DNA of 64,000 nucleotides, from positions 131,688,001 to 131,752,000 of the forward strand of contig OX597814.1 in the NCBI GenBank assembly GCA_951406725.2, read 5' to 3'. Under the pieces are notes generated by a model. The model worked only from the letters and a program-made list of their open reading frames with translations, searched no databases and had not been told where the DNA came from. Numbering within the stretch: position 1 is the stretch's first letter; the number at the start of each line of letters is the position of its first letter. A program made the translations under genes and the position numbers. Positions 29,238 through 43,554 of the stretch are shown piece after piece. The DNA is from Octopus vulgaris. Its lineage: Eukaryota.

Positions 29238-30132
29238 AAGGGGTGTTGAAAAATTCTTGGCTTTAAGGTTATCGCGAAATTCGGACGTTTTCAAGTTTGC
29301 AACCAAACTTTGTTTCCCGGCCCAAACTTCCGAGCTGCCTTCCTTACACGATTTAGAACAGCCAAAGGGCTGATGTAATAGGTGTGTAAATCATAATTAA
29401 CTGATCTTCCAGTACTTTTTTTAATCCAAAGCGAGGATATGTATACATGCATGCTTATAATATAATATAAGATAACATAAAAAAACCCCAAAAAAGCCAA
29501 CGATTTGTTTCGACTTATTTGATGTATAAACAATTCATATCCATGTATACAAATCTCTTCAGGGTTTTGGTTCAAAAGACAGACGAAATTCCATGTAAAA
29601 GTACTACTAGATTTAAGATAAGGATTCAAAATACTTATGTTTAAGAGCGTGAACGTTAACTTTTCAAATACATAACAAGTACCATAAAATAAAATTATAA
29701 CGGACAAAATAATTAAGTAAAGAAAATCTACAACTGTCAAAATGTTTCTTTAATATCACTTCAAATGCATTTAAGTCGAAAACATTCACTGGCTATTTTA
29801 ATGATATATAATAATAACAATAGATAAATAAATGAAGTATCAGAGTCTTACTTCGTTTAAGAGAAGGTAAGAAATCGTGTAAATTCAATATTTATTCATA
29901 TATTACTTCGACACCTGATTCGTGGAACACAGTGTACCTTTTCAGACAACGTCGATTTCATGGAGAGCGTGAGCTAACGTGCGACACGAACGCGCGCGCA
30001 CACGCACACAGAGACACGCACGCACACACACATTCATTATTGTTGAATCAAGCATTTTATTCTGTCAGTTTACTTCACAAAAAAAAACAACTCAAATAGT
30101 TAAGGAGTAATATGCAGAATTACACCAAATAA

Positions 30133-30523
30133 TCTCTCTATATATAAAACTGAAGTTGTCTGTGTATGGCAGGTTTAGTAGCCTTCAACTAACACTATCT
30201 CCTCAGAGACCCTGCGGCGCAAGTTGACCAAAGTTGAGGGTATGATAGAAGAAGGCTTGCTCTTCCTTCCGGAGCAGAAAAAATTCAAATCAGACCAGGT
30301 TAATACCAAAAATTATTTACATAAAAAAGGTGTTTTTTACTATGAAAATGCCTATTTTTTACGATTTTTTGACAGCTGTGTCGCCATTTTTCGGTGTATT
30401 TCAACCAGAAAAATGTTGACTTAAAGAAAATAACAAGCTACATAATGCAAAAGTTTTACTTTTCAAAAATTCCAATTCTAAAGGGTCGAAACAAACCCAA
30501 GCAACGCCGGGCGATACTGCTTG
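30133..30523 (+). mobile_element. Non-autonomous Helitron
   Basis: It has a 5' TC end, a subterminal GC hairpin (cccaagcaacgccggg) and a CTTG end, inserted between A and T with no TSD. The empty site matches the paralog intron at 59240-59260. Confidence 0.8.
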
Positions 30524-31100
30524 TATGAACTAAGGTCATCGTTATTTTTACTTATTGTGTGTTCTGTTTGAAATAGAAAGCAAGATGAGAGCTGTACGGT
30601 TGTAAGTCAGTAATGCACTAAAGAAACAAGAAACTTTACTCGTTTCTTATTATGATGTGCATGTAAATAATGTCGATAGTCTTTAAGTTGCTCATTATAT
30701 TTTCGAGTTGCAATCAAATTACATTTCTTTACTTCAATAGTTTCTAATATTTTACCTTCTCTCTACTAGTTGTTGACACTAGTTTTGTGGTTTCCGCACA
30801 ATGATATTCATAAAATAAGGAGAAAATATTTGATTTAAAATTAACTTGCAGTATTCTAAACTACACGGAAGAGTTTATATCCGGTAACTGCTGATCCAGC
30901 CTGTGTGTAAGAGTTCTTAATTACTTGCAAAGTTTCACAGCTACTATAATCCACTTCAGTGTTATTGTAGTTATCAGAGCAACTTAAAAATTAGAATAAA
31001 TAAAACTATAAAGTTGCTTGTTTATACGTTTATACGTTCTACTAGTATCATGAAATCTATACATCACTATTTGATTAATTTAACCAGTAAGACGTAATAT

Positions 31101-31514
31101 AAATAAATGCGCCCTTTTTTAAAGCCTAGCCAGGCTGATGTGGAGGCGCGTGGCTTAGTGGTTAGGGTATCAGCATCATGATCGTAAGATTGTGGTTTCG
31201 ATTCCTGGACCGGGCGACGCGTTGTGTGCTTGAGCAAAACACTTCATTTCTCGTTGCTCCAGTCCACTCAGCAGGCAAAAATGAGTAACGCTGCGATGGA
31301 CTGGTTTCCCGGTTGCTATGACGTATGTGTTCCCCAGCAGGACGGGGCGCCAGTCCATTGCAACGTTACTCATTTTTGCCAGCTGAGTGGACTGGAGCAA
31401 CGTGAAATGAAGTGTTTTGTTCAAGCACACAACGCCTCGCTCGGTCCAGGTATCGAAACCACAATCTTACGATCATGATGCTGACACCCTAACCACTAAG
31501 CCACGCGCCCCTAC
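31101..31514 (-). mobile_element. tRNA-derived SINE containing an inverted partial copy of itself
   Basis: A box tggcttagtgg and B box gtttcga(t)tcc. 12-bp TSD aagacgtaatat at 31089-31100 and 31515-31526. Confidence 0.88.
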
Positions 31515-31777
31515 AAGACGTAATATGTCTCGATGTAACTGTATAAAATTAAATAAAACCCAAACAGTTGTAACATACAATTGTTCTCTACTTGGGTTTA
31601 TAACTATTTGATATATTTAGAAAACATTTTCATAATTCCTGATGTGCATACACAAAAGCTAGAATCTAAGTAGTAACTTAAACGATTCTTAGCACGTCCA
31701 TGTTGATTCGAACGTGAATATTTTATTGCTGTTAATTTTTGTTATCGGAGAATATATTTGTATTTGGAATCTCACTG

Positions 31778-32208
31778 GGATCTTTTCGGTTTGACCGGCA
31801 GTTTTTTCTAGCGGTGTCATATGAAATTGTCATCCATAATTATGACCCTAGTATCGACCTATTGCATTTCAATGTTTTAGGGTTAGGGTTAGGTTTAGGT
31901 TAGGTTTAGGGTTGGGGGAAGGGTATCTTTTTTTCTTCAGAAATGTAAATAAACCCAATCTGTTTCTTAAACGAGGGACATATTCATACAGCACAGAATG
32001 TTTTCACCTCAATAGACGTCATTGATTGGTTGAAATTGCAGAAATTGAAGAAAAAAAACAACAAATATCTTACAAACTATAGAATTTTCTCAATAAAGCC
32101 AAGAGAAAAAGATGTTTTATAAACACATTCTACCAGTATACGAAGTTTAAAAGTGTTTAGTTACGTGGAAATTATTTTAAAAAACTGCCGGTCAAACCGA
32201 AAAGATCC
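31778..32208. mobile_element. MITE with perfect 30-bp TIRs, 8-bp TSD and internal TTAGGG-like repeats
   Basis: TIR ggatcttttcggtttgaccggcagtttttt and its reverse complement. TSD tctcactg at 31770-31777 and 32209-32216. Confidence 0.92.
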
Positions 32209-33229
32209 TCTCACTGGTCTGTGTGTATCCCGTGAACTAGTACCTGTTTGACAGATTTCTGCATGCGTCAGCAAATAAATTATTTGCCTATTCCTTATAA
32301 ACAAGAATTCGCGCACTTGACATTTTTATTGCCTAAGACAGTGGTTCCCAACCGATTTTTGCCCATGCCCCTCGAATCATTTCTAAAATTCTGATACTCC
32401 CTTGTGATATTAAATTTTGTTATTTAAAATTTGGTTAATGTAACAATATTATCCGGAAAGAAAAATAGTGCAACGGATGTAAAATAAAAATGTATAAGAA
32501 ACGAATATGAAAGAAAAAATGCGCGGAAAGCAACGGGTCAGGGAGGACTTCGGAAAATTCACAAGATCCGAGTTTTTCCCTCATAACTTTTAGGAAAATA
32601 TTTCGTTTTTGGATTTGGTTTGCAAGATTCTTTATATGAGTTCGTGTGTTGAAGCATATTCTGCTGTGTCTGGGGAGAGTCATTTTCTTTTTGTGCCTTA
32701 TAATGTAACACACTCACCGGTAAAATTTCCACTTTTTTCTTATTTTTATTTTCAACCGGCATGGATTACGATTATAAAGAAATTTGTGGGAAAATCTTTT
32801 CCGAGGTGTGAAATTCACCTAAGGTTTGGTCCCTGTGCTGCCGTCCTCTGCGAAAATCATGCTTGTATCACATCAAAACACTAAGACAGAACTATTTCAC
32901 CTCAAATGGCCCCCTTTCTTTAATATCATGTCAAGACATGTAAGAGAACATTTCATAACATTAAAACGGTTCCTGGATCAATATTTTTCCTTTATTATTT
33001 CATCTGTCTTTACGTTCTGAGTTCAAATTCCGCCGAGGTCGACTTTGCCTTTCACCCTTTCGGGGTCGATAAATCAAATACCAGTTGCGCGTACTGGGGT
33101 CGATCTAATCGACTGGCACCTTCCCCAAAATTTCGGGCCTTGTGCCAAGAGCAGAAAAAAATATTGTCTCCTTTATTAGTTTGGGCTCCAGAGCTGCGAT
33201 CATGCTAGGTCACTGCCATTAGCTTTGCT

Positions 33230-33770
33230 AAATTTTCACAACTTGAAACCTTCTTTGATATGTGGAATTTGGTGAATAAGGGAGTTTGATGGTGGTGAAT
33301 TTGTTACGTTTCTTGCTGCCTGGTAAGTTCGTCCAGAACTCTTGACAGGAGATCCAGTTGACTTATGAAGACACCTATATCCACTCCCATGTCGGTCTCT
33401 CGGGCATTTTGGAAGGATACTGAGGAGCTGTGGGCCCTTGAAAGACAAGTTACTGTAGTGTCTGGTTCTGTTTCCTGACGGCGATGATGAGAGTTTGGCA
33501 CGATACAGTGATTCCTCGTTCTGTCGTTTGTGTAACTTTCACTGCCAAAGTATGGTACAGTCATTCTAACATTTTCGAAATGTATGTCATTGAATACCTT
33601 TCCCGCCTACGTTCTTGTGAGTAAAGCCTTAACTTTTTTAATCTCTCCTAGTTCTTAACACATCGCATTTCGACTATCTTCTGTGTGTAGTTTCGCTGGA
33701 TCACTTCTAGTTCCGCCGTTAATATTACACTGTGTAGTGGCCATAGTTGAGAGAGTAGTCTACACAGCCG
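33230..33770 (-). mobile_element. Degenerate CR1-like LINE 3' fragment
   Basis: The minus-strand translation contains FKGPQLLSILPK and an SQERRRE-like motif. Confidence 0.6.
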
Positions 33771-34199
33771 AGGACAAATATCTCCAACAAATTTCAGATA
33801 AACCACATATTTCTGCAAATAAATCTTTACTCGAAGGGGCTATGATGCCAAAAGAATGACTGTAATATGAAACATCATTACACTTCTATTCCTGATGGTG
33901 CTATTAAGTTAGTCATAGCGACGGCCAATCCTGGCTGGAACTTATCTAAGTATCCGAGTGTATGTGTGTCACATATATGTATGTATATTCATAAATGGAT
34001 TTTTCTGATAATTCTAACTGGGTCCCACCTGCAAGGACATGCGCTGTTTATCTTGATATGAGATCACCATGTCGTGCACTTATGGTTGTGATGCATGGGC
34101 TTGGTGTACCCTTATCAGGCCGGTAGTCATAATGGGTATATTGGGCTTCGTATATTTTACCCCAGTGTCACTTTGATGGCATGCACTGCTTTCTCACTC

Positions 34200-34255
<56 letters not shown>

Positions 34256-35207
34256 TAATAATGATGATAATAATAATAATAATAGTAATAATAATGTTAT
34301 ATCGCACGTTCGGATGACCTCCATATCTCTTTATTATAGGCATATACCCTGAAAACATAGAATGGGCATTACAAGTGCATACAACACATAATTTAGGGTA
34401 CATATAATGATTTATGAATATGAAATGAGATATTTGTAATGGAGAAATGGAATGGCTTACGAGCCCTCCCCCCCCAAAAAAGCTCGCAATTTCATTTTAC
34501 AGTTCTTTTATACAGTTTGTAATCAGTTTTGTTTATCCATCTGTTATATGTTCTGTTATGTCCTCCAGCCCAATCACGTTGGCCAAATTTTCGTAACGAA
34601 CATATATATATTACATGCTTTAATCATGTCTTTGAATGTCTCTATTAGTTCTTCCATCCTCTCCACTTCCACCAACACTGCTCCATTGCTTGGTTCAAAC
34701 ATATCCTGTTCCAATTTTATTCATATCAAACCTTTTGTTTTGGTTAACCTTTTCTCTATTTCCATATTCTTATCGTAGAATATCAACGTTCTTAAATTCT
34801 GTCCCGAAGGTCGTCCTGTTCGCTTTACATAATCTAATCTTTTTGCTACTCTCCTCCTCCATTCATCAATTTTCGCTTTTCTAGCTTTATTTCCTTCATT
34901 CATTGTTATTGTCTTCGGTTCCTGAGTTCGAATCTCTGTACTTTCTTTTTCACTTACTGTTGTCTTTTTTCTTCTTTACCTGCTTTTCTTTTCTTAGGGC
35001 TTTTTGGTGGTGACCCCACCCTCGTTCTCTTTCTTTCTACCATTATTTCCTCTTCCGTTTTCTCTTCCTGTTTTTCTTCCTCTTTTTTTCTTCCTCCTCT
35101 CTCGCTGCGTCGCTGCACATTTCCATCTCTTCCACCTGCAATTCTCTTAGGGGACACTTTGCTTGCATAAGTCCCCTACTTTTACATTCGTAACATATTG
35201 GTGGTCT

Positions 35208-35265
<58 letters not shown>

Positions 35266-35290
35266 AACAACAACAACAACAAATAATAAC

Positions 35291-35346
<56 letters not shown>

Positions 35347-35348
<2 letters not shown>

Positions 35349-36310
35349 TTATACCAAAGGCATACACAGATTGTCTTTACCAACCCAACGCTTGAAATCG
35401 CCTACAAAACTACACAATTGGATTGGCAAAATATCTTGAAACATCTAATGACTGAATGCTAAAGCTCGCTGAAAACCATGAAAAACGTAAGAAGTTTCAT
35501 CCTGTAATGAATGATAGCAAAACATTTTCGAGTGAGCTTATGCATAATGCCTAGATTGAACAGCATGATGGAAGTGCGGCAACTGTAGTTGTAAATAAGG
35601 TGAAATCAATAGCAAAGCAAAAATGCGTTTGAACAACTGGCTGATAGTTGAGAACAGAAACCACAACTTGGCAAATACATGGTCCATAAGAAACAAACTG
35701 ATGTAGCCCAGAAGCACACTCATCAGAGGCTATGGAGCTCAGGGCTAAAGACAGAGTGTGAAGGCTTTATCTTGGCTGCCCAAAATCAGTGTTTATTGAC
35801 CTAGAACTATCAAGCTAATGTGATGAAAAATGGCATAGACCCAAAATGCCGATACTGCAACGATGGGATTGAAACACTTGATCACCTATTCTCTGGGTGT
35901 AAGGTTTTAGTACCTGTAGAGTACAAATCAAGACATGACAGATTTGGCCATTATCTACATTAGATAATGTGTCAGCATTATAAATCGTAAAATCAAAACT
36001 CCTGACAAATGGTACAAGCACCACCACGAGGTTGTAACTGAGGAAGAATATGAAACGATTCTTTTGGGACTTCCTAGTATGTACAGACCAGACATCCAAA
36101 GCAGATAAACCAGATATTGTTGTGAAAGACCAAAGCAATAAAATCTGTTTATTGATTGACATGGAGCATAGCCTTTGACCATAATATCTCGACAAAAGAA
36201 TTTGATAAGCTCAGAAGTTATAAAGATTTGCTAATCGAAATCGAAAAGATGTGGCACCTGAAAATGGTTACAATACCAGTGATTGTAAGAGAAAAAAAGG
36301 AACTGTAAAT
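35347..36310 (+). mobile_element. Older R4/Dong-like 3' fragment
   Basis: Degenerate EGFILAAQNQ, CRYCN..ETLDHL and ADKPDIVV motifs following an AAT tract. Confidence 0.75.
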
Positions 36311-36452
36311 TATTGAAGAACTAGCAAAGGCACCCGACATTGCCCGGGAATGAAATTGTTCCTTATATATTGGAAGAAAAAAGCAAACTATTCTGTATAA
36401 AAATTTGTTATTCTAGATTGAATTTATTCTTCAATTGGGAAATCAATTCTGA

Positions 36453-36522
<70 letters not shown>

Positions 36523-36527
36523 GTAAT

Positions 36528-39051
<2,524 letters not shown>

Positions 39052-39053
39052 GA

Positions 39054-39084
<31 letters not shown>

Positions 39085-39169
39085 AAGAGAAGAAGAAGAA
39101 GAAGAAGAAGAAGAAGAAGAAGAAGAAGAAGAAGAAGAAGAAGAAATAAGAAATAAGAAATAAGAAATA

Positions 39170-40200
39170 AAAAATCTTATATGCACAGAGTTGTCATGGA
39201 AGACGTTTAAGTTCATGTTCTTTCACAAATGCAACCAAGCCTGTGATGTCATAATTTATTTCTCTTGCAATGTCACTTGAAGTTAAATCACTAATTTGAC
39301 GGTATGTTTTGGCAGTCCAAAGCCAGACTCTTGCAAATTTTTTACCTCTTTTGGCTAAAACGTGATCTTCAATTTCAATCAGTTCTTGGTTAAAAATTAT
39401 TTCAGAGAACTGAATATTGATATCTGGGTTTGTCTGTTGAACTGCATACTCTAAATCCTCAGCCACATCTTCATGATGTTTCATCCAAAGCTGTAGGAGA
39501 CTGCCAAGTTGACACATGTTCAGAATAATTGCTAAACGATTACGGAGTTTCCTTGGAGAATCTGATACTGATGCATCAATCAATGCAAGGTCCCAATGTT
39601 CATCATTTTCTTAAAAAGAAAAACCTTGTTGATAGCATGCTTTCCTATAAGTTTCACACTTATGACCATCTACCCTCCTCGAATCTTGGAATGATTTGGT
39701 ACCAAGTACTTCATGGAAATGGAAGCGTAAGTAGTAACATTCTGCTTGGCTTGTAGGGTTGGGGGCACTGTAAACACTTTAAGAACATCAGCTTCTCATT
39801 TCCTCTTGTGCCACTTATTGTTTCTCCAAGTGTAATACTTGGGCAATTGTGGGTAAAGGAGTTTTCTTGCATCTTCATTTACTTGATACAGCTTTAAAAA
39901 GGCAGTAAAAGTAGTTTCTTTTGAAGAAAGTGCTTGTTGCAAGGTTTGTTTGTTTTGTAAAGATAACCCTGTGGTCATTCTCTAGATGGACGCTCAGATG
40001 AATGATGGCTGGGTACCTGCGCCAAAAAGCCTCATTGGTACGAATGTATCTTCCTCTGTCATACTGTGCATCTTCGTCATTTTTATTTATCTGCTGACTG
40101 CCATTCTGCATAAGAGTGTATGTTACAGCATCTAAACCTTTGTTTATATATTTGCAAACACACTTGGTTGTTGCAGAATCCGACATTGACTCTGGGTACC
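39170..40200 (-). mobile_element. Autonomous Helitron Rep/helicase remnant
   Basis: Motifs CKYINKG, RYIRTNEAFWR, LSVHLEN, TTFTAFL..ARKLLYPQLPKYYTW and PRKLRNRLAIIL. Confidence 0.85.
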
Positions 40201-40417
40201 TGTACTCATCTTTGCTTCATTGTAGAATACTGATCATCTACTTCTACCCCGACTCTTTTGTAGAGTGAGAACATTGTTCTCGGAAACTTTTACGAAAATT
40301 AAAACGGAGGTAAAATGAAAAAATGGGTTACAAGAGTAATTGAAATAAATGGCGATTGTGGAACGCCCCGCGCACTCTCACGCACACACACAATATCAAG
40401 CATTAGATGAAATAGAG

Positions 40418-40462
<45 letters not shown>

Positions 40463-41553
40463 GGTGTGCTGTCATGTATACGTATATACATAATTATGCA
40501 TACATCATTGTGTGCATGTGTGTGTGAGAGAGAGAGGGGAGAGAAAGAGAGAGTGAATGCCACTTAGATATCGCTTTCTACTCTGTCTCTCACACGTACT
40601 ACCCACACATACATACAAAAACGATGTATGCATATGTAGTAATATATGTACATATACATGACAACACACACCTTGACTCACTCTCTCTCTGACAAACATA
40701 CACACATACATAAATGTATACAAACGTACTTACAAAAACACGTGTGCGTGTCTGGCTGACTTGTGCGCGTGTGTGTGTGAGAGAGAGAGAGAGGAAGAGA
40801 GAGAGAGAGAGAGAGAGGGTGAGAGAGAATATTGCGAACAATGAATGAAATAAACATGAAATGAAAAAAAGTCATATAAATAAAAAGCTCTTGTACGGAA
40901 TGTTTAAATTTGAGAACTTAGTAACTATTTCATTCATTAATTTATCGTAGTTGTTTGCTAATAGTGAATTAAAACTTGAAATGAAGACGTCAAAATAGAG
41001 AGTGAAGCTTTTTGCCGTTGCTATGTCAATACTGGAAGTTGACATTGAGAAACCTTTTTAAAGAAGTGAATCATATATGTGAAGCAATATTATTTATTTT
41101 TAATAACAAAATCAAATGAAGAGCCTAACATGTGTCCGAGGTCAAATTATTCATACATCACAAGTACGGAAGCAATTGGCGAAGCCGTTTTTGCGTGAAA
41201 AGCGAATACGCACACATCTCTATTTATATATTAGGCAATCCCTGGCTTACTATCCATGCAGAAAGTGCAAAAGCTTGTCTCAGTTGGTACGTCACACGTA
41301 CTGAGAAGAGCATTGTCGCTGTAAATTTCATTTCCTTTTCTCCTTTTTATTTTCTTTGCTCACATTTTAATTTTGTACGTTTTACTTTTTCTCTCTATCT
41401 TTTTTACTCTTTTTCTCTATCACTTGACTTTGTAAATGAACAATCTGGTGTGTTTATTTCAATGGCCTAACAATGTATACAGTGAATTTCTCTGCCATAG
41501 GTATCTGGAAGACACTCGGCAAGAAATAGAAGCATTATTGAAGGATGATGATG

Positions 41554-41621
<68 letters not shown>

Positions 41622-41622
<1 letters not shown>

Positions 41623-42462
41623 GTAATGGTAAATACTGGACTAAACTAAACGCAAAAGAAATAGACAAAGAAAAATCCCAGCAATGGTTGAGAAGCTCAG
41701 GACTCAAAGCAGAAACAGAGGGATTTTTAATTGCAGCACAAGACCAAAGCCTCCCCACCAGAAATTACCAAAAACATGTAATGAAAAGAAATATTACAAG
41801 TAACTGCAGAATATGTGGAGATGGACAAGAAACAATAAATCATATTATCTCTAGCTGCCCAGTCCTGGCTAAGAAGGAATATATTCACATACAGAGTTGG
41901 AACCTACATACATTGGAAGCTATGCCAACATTATGGAATAACAACAGAAAAAAGATGGTATAGGCACACACCAGAAAAGGTCACAGAAAACGAGAAAGCA
42001 ACCATACTCTGGGATATGCCGATACACACAGATAGAGAAATTAAGGCCAACAGACCAGATATAGTTGTCAGAGATCATGAAGAAAAAAAATGCTTTCTAA
42101 TTGATGCATCAATACCGGCTGATGACAACGTGTCTCTAAAAGAAATGGAGAAACTCTCAAAATACAAAGACCTGAAAATAGAGGTAACTAGAATGTGGAA
42201 TCTGAAAACAGAAACAATTCCTATCATAGTAGGTGCATTATGCATGAAAAAAAATATTCAGACAAATACATAACAAAAACACCAGGACTTACAAACACAT
42301 ATAACATACAGAAAATTGCACTACTAGGCACTGCACACGTCCTACGCAGAGCACTTTCCATACAATAACCATCAGAGCATCACAACAAATCACAGCACAT
42401 ACCCAAGGCACACAGAGCTGCGCTCGGTAGTGAAGTGAAAGCACGCTATAAAAATAAAACTA

Positions 42463-42467
<5 letters not shown>
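41622..42467 (+). mobile_element. R4/Dong-like 3' fragment (second subfamily) in (AAT)n
   Basis: Motifs LKAETEGFLIAAQDQ, CRICGDGQETINHIISSC and TDREIKANRPDIVV. AAT arrays lie on both sides. Confidence 0.88.
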
Positions 42468-42537
<70 letters not shown>

Positions 42538-42539
<2 letters not shown>

Positions 42540-42830
42540 CCTAGCTCAGATACCAGGAAACCCCAAAATGGCAGAAATTCAAAAGTTAGTGCTCATGGGA
42601 ACTGCTCATATCCTACGCAAAATTCTTTCTATGTAACCTCAAGTTTTAAAACAAATATAATTTTCTTATGGCTTCTTAAACATTCTCTAGAACAACATTA
42701 TGTACAAAACCTAAAATATGGCACCCTAGGCATAACACCAACATGAACTTCCAACTTGTTGTCTCTCGAGGTCTCTGGGTGAGACTTGGAGCCAGCTTGT
42801 ACAAATGTAAAGCAAAAGTCAAACATGAAA
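42538..42830 (+). mobile_element. Short 3' tail of the 36.5-kb Dong-like family
   Basis: Near-identical to 38612-38900, inserted in (AAT)n. Confidence 0.85.
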
Positions 42831-42849
42831 TAATAATAATAAATAGATT

Positions 42850-43274
42850 CTGATCTTAACTGATTGGAAGTGTTATCATGTACATTGTCTTGTCATTAAC
42901 CTTAACCAGTTGAGCATGTCCCTCAGTGACTGACAATATGTGCATATCTGATCACGAGCAGAAGTAGTGGGGAAGCATCATAGCCATGGGTTTAGAGGAA
43001 TTCTTTAGGGTTTTAATAATTCATCTCTGGAAACAACCCTTGTTCAGGGACCTTTTGAGCTGGATGGGCTACTCAAACTGAAGAAAATTCAAATTGGGTC
43101 CCACCTGTAAGATCATGATATGAGATCACCATGTCGCGCACATATGGTTGAAATGCATGTGCCTGATGTACCCTTATCAGACGAGTAGTCATTATGGGCA
43201 TACTGGGCTTCGTATATTTTATCCCAGTGTCACTTTGATGGCATGAACTGCTCTCTCACTCAATAATAATGATG

Positions 43275-43340
<66 letters not shown>

Positions 43341-43480
43341 GAGATCACCATGTCGTGCACATATGGTTGTGATGCATGTGCCTGGTGTACCCTTATCAGA
43401 CGGGTAGTCATGATGGGTATATTGGGCTTCGTATATTTTACCCCGGTGTCACTCTGATGGCATGAACTGCTCTCTCACTC
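42850..43480 (+). mobile_element. AAT-tailed retroposon 3' ends (two nested copies; a third at 34010-34200)
   Basis: All share gagatcaccatgtcg...ctctctcactc followed by (AAT)n, with variable 5' truncation. Confidence 0.75.
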
Positions 43481-43481
43481 A

Positions 43482-43554
<73 letters not shown>

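Larger units (their letters stand above)
30030..32290 (-). pseudogene. Relic third IL-17 unit (promoter, exon 1, start of intron) with splice donor deleted and no recognisable exon 2
   Basis: 30524-30720 aligns to 24982-25170. The ATG is kept (30537-30539) but the gtaagta donor is missing. Upstream homology continues around the insertions to about 32280 (gatttctgcatgcgtcagc, shared with 27838). Confidence 0.72.

Noticed and set aside
31141-31220. tRNA genes at 31141, 31440-31514 and 3607
   Set aside because: A/B boxes are present, but the cloverleaf is imperfect and continues into SINE bodies.
31877-31912. Telomere or chromosome fusion site
   Set aside because: There are only a few degenerate units, internal to a MITE. 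The tract near 49350 is similar.
34721-35157. K/E/R-rich minus-strand ORFs as host exons
   Set aside because: They are low complexity, with no splice or domain support, and lie between microsatellites. Probably a retroelement relic.
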